Below are positions 11,719 through 24,145 of a stretch of 62,433 bases of DNA, piece after piece. The stretch is taken from contig JALMLS010000102.1 in NCBI GenBank assembly GCA_038496445.1, positions 1 to 62,433 on the forward strand. The letters are read 5' to 3'. How positions within the stretch are numbered: the first letter of the stretch is position 1; every line of letters starts with the position of its first letter. Below the pieces are notes generated by a model. It was not told the origin of the DNA and ran no database searches. It was given only the letters and a program-made list of their open reading frames with translations. The stretch comes from Trichosphaerium sp. ATCC 40318 (taxonomy: Eukaryota; Protista; Tubulinea). Position numbers and translations under genes: made by a program.

Positions 11719-13490
11719 TCACGTAGTATCTGCTTGTTTGTCGCGTTCCTCGCTTTGTGGTTTTTCTGTGTTGCGTCCGTCCAGTGTACTTTTCTGTTTA
11801 TGAGGATAACTGTCGCTAGGGCGACTGCGACTCGTCCTAGATGCACTACTAACGCGCCGCGATCGCTGTTTTAGACGTGCGCTGTGCAGTTTTTTAAGAC
11901 CGAAGCGTGCACTGGTTAGGCTTGTGTTTTCGCTTGGTGCTTGAGACATTGTTTCTGTTTGCGAATAAAAGTACTCGTCTTCTGACTGGGCCATGCTCAG
12001 AGCACTTTGTTGAAGTACCACCTACAAAGGAAAAAAAGGAGTTTAGGAAATTTTATCCAATTATTAAAATAATACGAAATGGGCGTAAGGCGTATGACGT
12101 TTAGAAATCCCGAAAATAAGAGTTTCAAAGTAGCCTTCGGTGCGTTGTGGTAACAAGTACAATACCAGCCTCTCCGCATTTTCGATTTTAAGTACCTTAC
12201 GCAATAATTTATTATTACCCTCTACAGGTGCTGTGTAATCGTCGGCCTTGCAGACGGGCGTATTAGTTGTATACGGAAATACCCATTTCGGTTAAAAATG
12301 TGGGATTGGTACCTCAGACATATCAGTGTCCCTGTACCTATCGAATCGCTCTGAAGTTCTATGAGAGGACACAGGGTAACCCTCACTATCAAAACCATTC
12401 CCTGCCTCCATTATACTGTCGTAATCACCCTGTGCAGATTGCGTCAGCCCATGTCGTGAACAGAGACAAGCTTATAGTCGCCAGGGATATTGCAATAGTG
12501 CGTACCTGATAACCTCGGTGTTCATCCATCTCGCCACGTGAATGTAGGGGCGACTGTGTTGACGATTCGAAATCATCGTAGGTCGAGCTAGAAAAAAATT
12601 CGTCACCTTCACTGTAGGTGTCACGTGATTAGTAATACGAAATATCAAGAGAGCATTTCAAAATTACTAATTCAATTGCAAACGTACGCGTGGTGACTAT
12701 GTGATGGAGAGGTTTTGAAACTATACTCAGGCAACACAGACAGAGTATCAGACAATGTAAAGTCCATTCTCTTCATACGTAAGGCTGCGGCAGGTACTGC
12801 ATTATCTCCTGTATTCACAACAAAAAGTTAGCACTGCTGCCATCTCTGTGTGACATACCGTGTTGAATACTCCACTTTGCGTGGCTCTCTACTTTTCGGA
12901 CAAGCTTAGCGTCCTCTGAGTCCTCACTGGACGAGCTGATCTCAATGTATTTGTTTACTTTCTTGGGCTGTTGAGCTTTCCAGCTCTCTGTGCTTTCTTC
13001 ACTAAACGCGCGACTGACGTGATTTACGTGCACGGACGATATAGCACTGCCTTCTGTCAAGTAACCAGCCTTGTCGACTGTGTTAAGTTTTGACGCAGAT
13101 CCTTTGGACGCCTGCTTTTTTAGGCGCGGTGACGCTAATGTCACGCTCTTAGGCGCAGATGATCTCGCTGACTTGTTCTTATCGATGGTATCGGATGACT
13201 TTTTGCTCTTCAACGATGAGAGCGTAGTCTGCAGCACACTTACAAAATCGGGTAAGCAATTTATGACGCCTACATCTTGAGCGTACGGTTTGCTCGCATC
13301 TTCGCTTTCTGCGAGCGTTTTAACTTCTTTAAGCTCATTTTCCTTTCCTCCGTCTTCCTTGCTTTCTTTCTTGCGATCTCCACAACAAACGGAGCCAGCA
13401 ATAGCAGTTGACGCTACTACAGCTACGAATAAGGCACTACATGCCAATACAATGTAATTCGCGTTGTCGCCGTTCTGTTGTGTACCTACG
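11719..13490 (-). CDS. Hypothetical single-pass membrane protein with a long Ser/Lys-rich cytoplasmic region (5' exons probably extend toward ~14200)
   Basis: TM YIVLACSALFVAVVASTAIAGSVCC-GDRKK in ORF 12815..13447. Exons linked by GT-AG introns run down to K|VVLQQSALSMAQSED (ORF 11719..12021). Ends are approximate. Confidence 0.6.
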
Positions 13491-14262
13491 ATGTGTGAGA
13501 AATATCCACGTACATGTGTATGCTACAACAGTATTGACAGCTCCATCTAATAACTTTCAAAACATTATAAATACAAAATGTACCAAAATCATTCTCAGTA
13601 CGTGCGCAGCACGCAGTTGCGACTGTCAGCAACACTAATACGCAAACTCTCTAAATTTGTAAACTGTAAGTACAATTGCTATAATCCGCAGCATGGCAAT
13701 ACATGTATTGCATTGTGGTTAATCAAGCGGACTAATTTGTTTTTTTTATGGCTTTAGTTTATTGGTACCTGCGCTAATTGCATTCTTCTCTCACCTCGTA
13801 AACGCGTTGATCAACATAGTAACACATAGGAGTAAGTTGCGTTTACGTATTTTGACAATTTAATTTAATTTCTGTAAACGGCCGCGTACTACAGACTGCC
13901 AACAATGCTGCGCAGTCTAATAATTATGATTGGAGGCGGCATTGTGGTGTTTAAAAAGGAGTGGTCGTCTGTTGGTTTTGATAAGGCACGTAATCAGTTG
14001 AGCTGCTCATATATGCAGCATTCAAATGTAGATAAGTGACTCCACTAACATTTAAAAAAAAATTAGAAATTAAAGGAGTTTGGCCCATTAATTTCGACTG
14101 TATTGGAGTACTCAAAGCAGGCAGTAGGCGTACCAGTATCATATTTGGAATTTTCAAACGGTGCGTTTTGCTAGTGTCGCTTAGGTCTGCCACTAACAAC
14201 GCACGTAGTAGCTGTTACAATCGCAACGGACTTACAGGCGCAGGTTACATGCGCGCTGTTTC

Positions 14263-15217
14263 ATGTCATCCAAGAGGTACAGTAGGCTACGCTTAGCGTA
14301 ACACAAGCGCCAATGCAGTACCAGCCCGTTTAGTCAAAACACAGAATTTTGTAAAACAATTTTCTTGAGTTTCTGTCGGGTCAGGAAGGCAATTATTGAT
14401 GTTATAGATAAAAAACCACAACAACATCCTATGTTCTTTTGAACACCATCTCATTATACCTCCTAGCCTGTTGGGCTTGGTTCTTTGCTTTGTAAGTCTT
14501 TACTGGGGGCATGGATAGAGCGGTTTGGCGGCAAGGATGGCAAGCCCGGCTACAATCCGACAACATTTAGTTCTTTCAACAACAGAATCATCGACTGCAT
14601 TCGAAGTACGATACCCCCACTCATCAGAGAGCGTATGTCAAACATCTCGAAGGCCTCTTTATTTTAATGAATGTTCGTTGTAGTGCAGGAAACAAGGGGC
14701 GTTGAAGCATCGCTCTTGGTACGTACACAATGTTGCATGGAGCGACCGACTTGTCTCATCTGTAATCCAAGGTGACTGATGATCCGAACGATACAATAAA
14801 GCTCGGCGACCTTACCGACTTTAACGTTGAAGCCACTTTTCAAACGTTGCTTACAGTTGCGCAACAAACAAGTACGTGACACATCAAATCTTGTGACGTA
14901 ATGGCAAGAAATAGTAACCATGTTTTTTGTTTAGTCAATCTCCTGGACGATGAAATTAACTTTATGAATGTCGAAATAGGTAACCCTAGCTATTATCACC
15001 ATGCACCTAACAAGCATCACAGGAAAACACATAGTATACGTTCACCGCGTGCGTGGAGAGGCATCGTTGGTGAATATTTGTAAAGCGAGCATACCGCGGA
15101 AGCACTATTTGCCAAACATTGAAAAATCTGTAAAATTGCTTGATAAAGGTACACGTCACCTCATCCTCACCACACTTACTAACAGCTGGTAGTATTCGAT
15201 TTGTTGGCGTACTATAA
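14263..15217 (+). CDS. Hypothetical protein, multi-exon
   Basis: A series of gtacg...ag introns joins PVGLGSLLCKSLLGAWIERF, LGDLTDFNVEATFQTLL, VYVHRVRGEASLVNICK and AGSIRFVGVL*. No family recognised. Confidence 0.55.
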
Positions 15218-15522
15218 TTAAAGGCCAACTTTTTCTGTCAAGACAGACTTCAAAAACACACGGATACCACCACGCATGTACATAAAATTACTAAGAAAAC
15301 ATAAAAAAATTCTGCCAGCAAAAACGGATATTGTTGAAAAGCTTTTTGCTTTCGCTTTTTGTTTATTATTCTTGGTGCGCGTGTACCATATTGTATACAA
15401 TAAATAGGTCGGTACAAATGCATTTGTGATGGAAAAATTTTGTTTTCTTATGTTACAATCTTACAAGGAGGTGCGCGCACGTTGGTGTGTACGCATGGGA
15501 TGTTTTCAAAAATGTACAATTA

Positions 15523-18387
15523 TTAGAGGTATCCCATTTGTCGTTTGTACTCCAAAACTTCGGCTGCTCGGAGCCTATCTTCCATCCAATCCCCAGAACT
15601 TGTTCGTGTTCTGTATCTCTTTTGACGTTTGTTAAAGATGTCTATAGACAACGGTGATTAGTACAACTACAACCGAATAAATTTTTTTGAAAATGTGGCG
15701 TACGTTCAAGGTTGCAGGTGCTTGGAAAGTCAGAACCAAACACTTGATCAGGATCGTCTAACGCTTGTCGCTCTAACCGTCTATTCAACGTTTCCTTTTC
15801 TGTCCAACTGGCACTGTTGCCCTTTTCTTCCAGAAACTCTGACTCACAGTCGGAGGGACTAAATTACAAAGCGTGAGTATACTCAAAAAAAAGAAGCAAA
15901 AAAAAAAACACAGTTCCCTAAACACGTACAGTGGGGAATCAGGAATAGGACACTGGAATGATGGAGAGCCCTCGGATACAGGAGATATTGGACTCATCAT
16001 GCGCCATGGAGATTGTCGCGATAGTGCAGCTATTGATAGGTTTAGCAATTTGGCACTCTAAAAAACCAGATTCAGGAAGCGAGTCAAGTACCTTTGGCTG
16101 CGTTGACTTGATCGCGTGCAGGCGTTCTCATTTGTGCAGGCGGAGGCGGCATGAGGTCCATCGATTTTCGTCCAGGAGTAATTGGCTCGTGGATTGGAGA
16201 CAAACCAGAGGTAGGAGACAGCTCACTGTCAAAGTCGCCTGTGTAACCCCAGTCCTGGCGATCGTTGTGTATAGGCGAGCTTGCGCCTGTGTGTTTGTTT
16301 GACCTAAACGCATTTGCTGGGTTTAATTTGCTCAGTTGTTTGCGCCACTGCGTCTTTGAGTTGCTGCGTGGTGGCGAAAGGACAGATCTCAAAGGTCGCT
16401 AAAAACGGTACAAAGTCAGTCTAACGTATGAATTATGTGCGCGCGGTTGTCGCCCTTACCGGTTTCTTATCCTTGACATCTGCGTAACCGCCAAACTTGA
16501 GCTTGATCATGTGTTGTCGCAATCGCGATTTTTCCTTTTCTTTTTTCCTTGTCGAGTCGCTCTATTGGACTTTGTTAAACTCTTGATCAAGGGTGAGGTT
16601 TGTGCGCGTACTTGTACATGTCTGGCTACCCTTTTGCTATCTCTTTCAGCGGCTGCCTTGCGCTTGTTCTCTTCAATGAGTCGTCTGCGCTCTTGATTCT
16701 GTTGCAGTCTACTCGCAACGGACTGTTTTCCAGCTTGACGGTATGGTGCAACACGTTGAACGCTCCCTAATGCATGTGTTAGTTGTGCGTGTCATCACAA
16801 GAGATTAGGGGGGCCGGGGGGTCAGGCGTACGTGATGAGGAGATGCCGTAATCGAGATCGCCTATCACAGATGCGGTGGATGGTACACGAGGTGGAGGAT
16901 CGTCAGCACGGCCTTGTAGGTTGGCGGATGCAAGGAAGCTGTCGCTTGATCGATCTTTGAATATGAAGCTGTCTTCCTCGTCATCTCCATCGTGTTCAAT
17001 AGCGTATTCTGACTCAATGTCGTCATCAGAGAACATAATATGCGTATTGGGTTTTTGAGAGGATAACACATCACCCGAATGCTCTATAAATTGTTGGCTT
17101 CGACGTGAGGATTGATTAGATTGGCGGATGGGCAATGATAGGTCGCCCACTTGCAGGGCAGATGAAGACTCAGATTCAGCGAAAAACTCCTTATGTAGAA
17201 CATGAGCAACAAGCCAACCAGTACAAAACGAAAAAAAACTAAATTTTGTCAAACAACGCACATCGTCTTCAGGTACACCATCGAGGTCCATGTCCATACG
17301 TGCTCTATCTAGTAATATATCACCTGTGCGAGATACGAGGTCCTTGTTGGCAGATGAGGTTTCAAAGGCGTCCACCATGCGTGGCACTACCGTGCCGTTG
17401 GCATTGCTTTGGAACCTGGACACTTGTGGCGTGAATGCGTTTGGATTTGGAAGAGGCAGTGCAAGACCTTCACCAGAGGCACGAGAGCCATGAGAGGCAC
17501 GAGAACTACAAGATTCACGTGATGTTTCCTGAGAAGGAAAAACGTGTTCGTCTGCTTCTTCTGCCGTCAAGTCCAATACTATTTTCTCTTGTTTTGCTTC
17601 GCTCTCCCTTCGTGATGCCCTGCGTGCTGCGCGATGGGCGGACATGCGTCTGGATGATGATCTGTGCGATGACTCTCTTCGAATTGAAAGTGGCTTTGGA
17701 GAGTTGCGTCTAGGTGGTGTCGTGCTGCGGCTAGGTGGTGTCGCGCTGCGTTCTGGTAATGGCTTCTGGCCTGTAGGTGACCGCCGTTCCATGTTGACAG
17801 GTTGTGGCTTAGGTCGTTTTGGTGCCTTTGTTTGCGTGTTGGCAGCGTTGTTCGTTTGATTTTCTTTGTCCAGCGTGGCGTTATCTTCACTCTTTTGGCG
17901 CTTTTTGGCAACGCGACCGGTCTGTGGCTTCTTTCGCTTACGTGGGTTTAACGGCATGCTACTAAGCGAAGTGTCAACGAATAAAGAGCCGCTTTCAAGC
18001 CTACAATAGTTTTTCACGTACACTACTTGTTGTTTTATATTGAGTGCAGGCATAGCAAAAGGCCAGTCGAACGTTAAAGTGTCCGTTTCTATTGTCAAGT
18101 CGTCCTCATTTAGAAGTGGCATTATTGGTTGCAGGAACGTAGAACCGCTGAGGAGTTAAAGGGAAGTTCAAATTTTCAAAAAAAAAAGGGTAACCGCCAG
18201 TGGTTAGAGTTGTAGGAAATATAAAAGGATACTCTTGTAGTGCCGTTTGAACATTTTCTTTTGCTTTTGCAAGCCAATCACGCTTGTTCCTGTCTATACG
18301 CGTGAATTGCTCGAGCTTGGAAGCGCAAATACGGTCGATATGGCTGCTGATGTAGTTGAGCTTTTTTAGATGTTGTTGTACCCGCAT
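15523..18387 (-). CDS. INCENP: Inner centromere protein (chromosomal passenger complex scaffold)
   Basis: C-terminal IN-box ASWTEKETLNRRLERQALDDPDQVFG...CNLE|HIFNKRQKRYRTRTSSGDWMEDRL...EYKRQMGYL*. Long S/R/P-rich disordered middle and an N-terminal helix. Confidence 0.85.
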
Positions 18388-18454
18388 ATTCGTTGTTAGA
18401 GCTTACGCTAGGTAATACTTTGTTCTGAGACTCTTTTGTGTTGCAATTTAGAAC

Positions 18455-18464
18455 TGGCGGGAAT
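18455..18464. promoter_or_regulatory. E2F-like motif in the ~186-bp bidirectional INCENP/STN1 promoter
   Basis: TGGCGGGAAT (TTCCCGCC on the minus strand), with AACGG and TGGCGC nearby, between two divergent cell-cycle/replication genes. Confidence 0.35.
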
Positions 18465-18573
18465 TTTTAAACGGCAAAGTGGCGCTAAAAAAAATGGTCA
18501 ACTCGGTTAGCGCGGGTGCAAAAGCTCACAAAATAGCAGCCTTTCAGCGGGTACTGGCAAATGCCATGCTGTG

Positions 18574-19941
18574 ATGGAAGAAGAACCGGGCTTTGTTCCA
18601 ATAAAATGTTGGGGTGTACTACCCACGTTCCAGTTGTATTTCAAAACCTTTATTGCCACAATCGCTACAGCGCGGAAGCACCCCGATTTAGGTACGAAAA
18701 ATACAAAATGCGTTTTGTAACCAACCCATTCTAGACGTTATATTTCCTTTTGGGCTACACCGTCCAGTGGATAGAGTAGAAGTATTAGGCGTAGTTACAG
18801 CAGTACAACAAACCGACGAGAAAGTGCTTTTCGGGGTACGTCAACTGGTCCCTACGCTCATCAACACACCCTCACTTCGTTAGGTATCTGATGGTACGCT
18901 TGATGGCATTTGTTTAGCCAACTGACGAAATGTCATCACTTTTTTTGAATACTGACTCGGTTGCAGGCACAGGACAAATACTGTGCGTCTTGTGGACAAC
19001 TATGGCTCCCACTTTCGAGGTTGGCAGCACGGTTCGCGTGCACGCCAGGCTACACTATTGGGACTTAACGTGGGAGCTCACCGTCAAAGCTTATCGTACG
19101 CACTACACAACCCAATTTGGTTGACATGACATGTATTGTAGACGTTGACACCAACCCGAATGCCGAAGCCTTACACAACCTCTCTGCTATATCCCTGGCT
19201 GCAATGTATAGACGACCACTGACTAAACATCAGATGGACCGCGTGTCACAGGCTAGCCACGTACAGGAATGTAAACAACAACACCATCGGGGCTTTCAAC
19301 AACACGAATCACGTGGTAGCACAATTGGTGGCTCTAGTACACTACAATCCCTGGTTAATGATACCACACGCTCATACTTGACGCGGTGTGGATGCGACAC
19401 TATACATCTTCCATCACTCCTCAAAGATGTTCAGTTTAAAGATACACTTGTGCACGCCATGAAAAATGTGGCACGTGTAATTAATATTTGTAAGCATCCT
19501 GTAAAAACTAACCTATTTTTTTCCTTTCAGGGCCACAACGAATCTAGTAATCTTGGTGAATGCATTGCTGAGTGTTTCAAAATCCTAGTGTCAGGTGGCC
19601 ACGTTGTTAATATCGACAATGACACGTATCGCGTTTTATCTTTCGAAAACAATTTAGGGCTAGCGCTGTATGAGGCTGTTATGCAACTGGACAAAGGTGA
19701 GTGCATTCTTCTATTTTATTCTGCTTGTTGCCGTGGTTTTTTCTACAAATTTATCGTGTTCACAGGCGAGTATGGTGCACGTCAGAGGGAAGTAGTTGCA
19801 CATATCAAGCAGCGCCGTGATTTTATGCTAGTGCCTGAAGCTAGATTGCATCGCATGCTTGTGCGCCTGGTCGATATGGGGCACATATACCGCACATCCC
19901 CCGATCAGTTTAGGCTCTGCCAACTTGCACACAGATACTGA
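18574..19941 (+). CDS. STN1: CST complex subunit STN1 (OB fold + winged helices)
   Basis: WGVLPTFQLYFKTFI; RPVDRVEVLGVVTAV..SDGT|GQILCVLW; GSTVRVHARL; DTNPNAEALHNLSAISLAAMYRRP; C-terminal wHTH RLVDMGHIY. Confidence 0.75.
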
Positions 19942-20059
19942 TCCCATTCCGCTCCTTGTAGTTTCTGTACTTGATAGAACGAGAAAGTGCTGTGCCATAA
20001 CTTGGGTAGTCCTTGGATTAAGCTTGATAAGACGACTTGATTGTATCATCCTCAGTTGT

Positions 20060-21981
20060 CGTTTCTGTTGGCTGCATCCTATCGACAGCCATCGTCCTTG
20101 TTCCCGGCAGCATTCAATCCTTTAAGTTTCCTTACAGCATTGAGTAATCGGCTAAAATGTGCTTGTAAGCGACAGGTTTGTTTGTGGGTTGCACGTGCAT
20201 TTGCTGTGATTTCTTATTGGCCCAGGACGTAAACAGCCTCCAATCCCAATCTACAGTAGGATACATGGTCTGTAGAATATGCGGATAGTACTGCATGATA
20301 CTGCTCCCCTTGAGTTCCTTTATTTGTTGTCTTGACACCCTGTACCTATCGACACAACAATAAATACATGTGGTCTTATTATAATACTGGGCTGACTACC
20401 ATACCATTGTTGGGGTGACACAATATCGAGCTCCTCTCCAATGTTAGTTAGGAACGTGGTCACGTTGGTGCTATCGTTCCAGTGATTTCGTTCTTTTCTG
20501 GAAGGGAGCCAAGGCAAGTTCCTAATCGTTCAAAAAACCCCAAGTTAGCAATCGTATATGGATGCACCTTTTAAAGTGAACGCACTTGAATGCCGCGTCA
20601 TCCCAATCGTAAGTTGGATATGTACACTTTACCATAGCAGAGACAGAGCCGTTGAATCTGCAAGGTTGGTTCAGTAAATTAGTTGTCGTCGATTTCAATT
20701 AAAAGGTGTCCACGTACCTTTCCATTAACCCTCTGCCACCGTGTTTGCAAATATCGAGATACCTGACACTGTACCATCCAGGCAACCAAGTTACGCCAAG
20801 GCGTTCTGCAATCCTATCGAGCATATTGTGCCTATTCTCGGCTGTGTTCCAATACCCATTCGGTGCTTTCCTGTGTATCCTTTAGACGAAGCAAACTTGT
20901 TGTCCATGGATCACACACGTACTTAAATTGTGTCTCATCCCATGCGAACTGTGGGTACACTTCCATAACACATCTTGCTAGTGACTTGCCATACCTATTT
21001 GTACCATTTGTTAATAGCGATAGAAAACCTTGACAGTGCTCACGTACTTGGCAATCATGCCTCTGCCGCCACACTCTATAATCTTCTCCAACGTCATAGT
21101 ATACCATCCAGACAGCTCTTTAATGTCCACCAAAGCGGCTATTTCATCTAGCTTTGCTATAGTATTAGCCGTTCTATCCCAGAAGCGCATAGGAGCGTTG
21201 CTACAGTACAGTGAGTATCACTTTCTTCATTTCTTGACGTGTGTATGTTCTACCTGAACTTTGTAGTTTGCCATTTGTGTGATGGGTACGCAGCCTTCAG
21301 AGCATTTGATATTGAGTTACCGTATAAGTGCAGGACAGCTGAACCACTCTGGCGTTTGATATCTGCCCCTGTTTTCTTGTACCAATCCGACGTCTGGTAC
21401 ACGCCTAGACGCTCGCCAGTGGTGTCAAAAAATGCCTGGACGTGTCGGTTATCGTTCCAATGGCCAGGTGCCATCCGTGATCTGTCGCTGTTATGTTGGA
21501 TCCCAAGAAAGGTTCATAGTACCTTAGCTTTGACCTTGGAATTGCCGCGTTGGTGTAGTGTGCTTGTATGGCCTCTTGAGTTGAAGTATGTCTTTCTAAA
21601 CGTCAGAACAGTCTGTGTGCGTGCTACTGCAATATTCGCACCCTTCAAGTATAAATTTGCCGCCATTGTGTAATATGGCTTTCCTTGACACTTTGTACCA
21701 GTCATTTACCAATTTGACGCCTAACTTGTGACCTACATTGTCTAAGAAGCGTCGCTTGTACTGTTGCGCCGTTTGATGGGTTCTTGTTAACAGTTTTGGT
21801 TTTACACAGTTTAATACTACGTAGCGCGCTTTGGTGCGCATGCTGAGGCGGTTCGCAGTACAATGAAGTGTTCCTTAAGCAATGCTAAAATAAGCCATTT
21901 GGTATCCATCCCAACGATACAAGACGTAACTACCAACGCTCTCACTGATAGTCTTGGTGTTTTCAAACAGAACTGACACAT
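20060..21981 (-). CDS. Trp/Tyr (WY) repeat protein, 5 repeats, apparently without a nuclease domain
   Basis: Example repeat: APGHWNDNRHVQAFFDTTGERLGVYQTSDWYKKTGADIKRQSGSAVLHLYGNSISNALKAAYPSHKWQTTKF. Ends approximate; start is 21841 or 21981. Confidence 0.8.
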
Positions 21982-22023
21982 TGATAGTGACAATCGGTTA
22001 ATCCAGGTGCGCTACTTAGCTCC

Positions 22024-24031
22024 ATGTTGCGTTGTAGTACTGTGGTGCTTATTGATCAGTCGGTTATGTCCAAGAAGATAAATGAGGCCATTTGGACGCC
22101 AGTGTAGCTACCAATGTTGTCAAGAGCGCCAACGTCGCCGAAAACGTCGTATTAGTCACTTTGCACATCGTTACTTTCATGCGGAACCCCAGTACAAAGA
22201 ATCATTACTGCGCGTTAAACCAGGGCCGTTTAAAGAACATGCTAGCTCAAGAAGGATGCTAGACGCTTTGGGTCGCGTACTGGAAGTGTACACTGTTGAT
22301 GAGTGGTATGGCGTTTCAGTCTACGACCTACAACGCTATGGCGGTGCTCAGCTCTTAGCAAGGTCCGCGCACGAACCCAATCAAACATTTTAAATAGTAG
22401 TTCTTAGGTTTGGTGCGTCTCCAGCACGTGCTGTGATGGCAGGCTATCCTGAACTCGATTGGAAACCCTGGAACTTCTCGTACGACTACTGATTTGTGTG
22501 ATTAGAGAAGGTCTCGGTGGTTGGTTGATTGCTTCCTCTAGGTCAGTGCCAAAAGGATACTGGGATGACTCGACAACGCACAGATTATTTTTTGACTCAA
22601 TCTCTGTGACGCTTGGCATTGACGACTTATCACAATGGTACAAAGTGCACAAGATCACAGAGACTGTTAATAACCTGGGCGGCAATGGTTTGTTGCATCT
22701 CAAGTACGACATACTATCATCCAGATTCTGTGTCTAGCCCTAACAAATTGAGCAGATATGGCGGCTCTGCTATCAATGCATTGGCTTCTGTTTATCCAGA
22801 TTACAATTGGCAGTCATGGAAGTTTGGGTATGGATAACGAGGCAACGTATGGCTTTTTTGTACTTATCTATAGACCAGCCACGTCAGAAACAATCACTGG
22901 GACAATATAAAGCATCAGCAACAATTTTTTGATCATGTTGCCAATCTGTACGGTATTGAGTCTGAAACGGATTGGTCTACCGTCACAGTGCGTAACGTTA
23001 GAAAGCTGGGAGGCGCTGGTTTGTTGATGAAGTATGTCGTAACCTTTTACACCATACAATCTGACAGTTTGTAGATATGACTGTTCTGTACTCAGGGCAC
23101 TCACAGCGGCGTACCCGGACAAGAATTTTGATAAAAAGCTATTTAGAATATCACAACGGAGGCCGGCGAATAGAAGTGACTGGACCACAGCACGTGTCAT
23201 ACAGTACATGCGCAGTAAGTAGTTTGTTTAAGGATTGGTTTTATGTCCCGTGTTCAAAGGAATTATGGGTTATTGTGGCTGATATCACGACTAGGTTTGG
23301 AGAAAGCGCTTGTTGTAAAACACCCAACGGATTGGTATCGCATATCAATTACACAAGCTAGCGAGGTGGCAGGCGTAAACATGAGATGGCACTATGTTCG
23401 ATTTCTTTCAATACTGTATCCTGATTACTCTTGGGACAAGCACTTATTTTCGATACGAGATAAGCGCAGTCAACAGCGGTATAACTTATTGTCATCGCCC
23501 AATACCCTTTTGTACGCTTATACAGGCTGTTAGGCTTGCAGTAGCTATTGTGACATCGATTCTGGATGACATGCCTGTTTACGAAGAGTTCGCCTTGAAG
23601 GAGTTGCATGGCACCATTTGTGTTGACATTTATGTTCCAAAGCTCAAGTTAGCCCTTGAATATCAAGGTAATATTTACCGTTACTCAAATAGTTTTGGTC
23701 GTTTATTGGGAGTGTAGGTGAGCATCATTACTTTGACTGTCACGGACAGTTTGGATCATCGCTATCGCAAAAAGCACGTGATGATAAACGCAAACGCAGG
23801 CTTCGGCTTCTAGGTACGCTGAATGACGGACATAAGACACATTAACATGATTCACTACATTGGCGCTAACGTTACTAAAAAGGAATTGCAGTGGAGTTCA
23901 TACCATATTGGTGGAAAGGAGATCACGACACGATTGCCAAACTTCTTTCCAAGTATTTACCTAAAGGCTATTTTCAACGGCACAACCAATTCATCGGGCC
24001 TGCTCCTTCTGCATTGTTGCGCAGTCGATGA
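22024..24031 (+). CDS. WY-repeat protein (4 repeats) with C-terminal DUF559/Vsr-like PD-(D/E)XK endonuclease domain
   Basis: Repeat VPKGYWDDSTTHRLFFDSISVTLGIDDLSQWYKV..GGNGLLHLK|YGGSAINALASVYPDYNWQSWKF. C-terminus VDIYVPKLKLALEYQG|EHHY...RDDKRKRRLRLL|GIAVEFIPYWW. Start approximate. Confidence 0.85.
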
Positions 24032-24145
24032 TAGATTACATTACATGTACATAAAAGTAAAAAAACAGAAAAGGAAGTAAAAAACTTGCACGTGCTTTGA
24101 CTGATTCACAAGAAATATCACTAACGTCTTCAGAATACATTTTTT

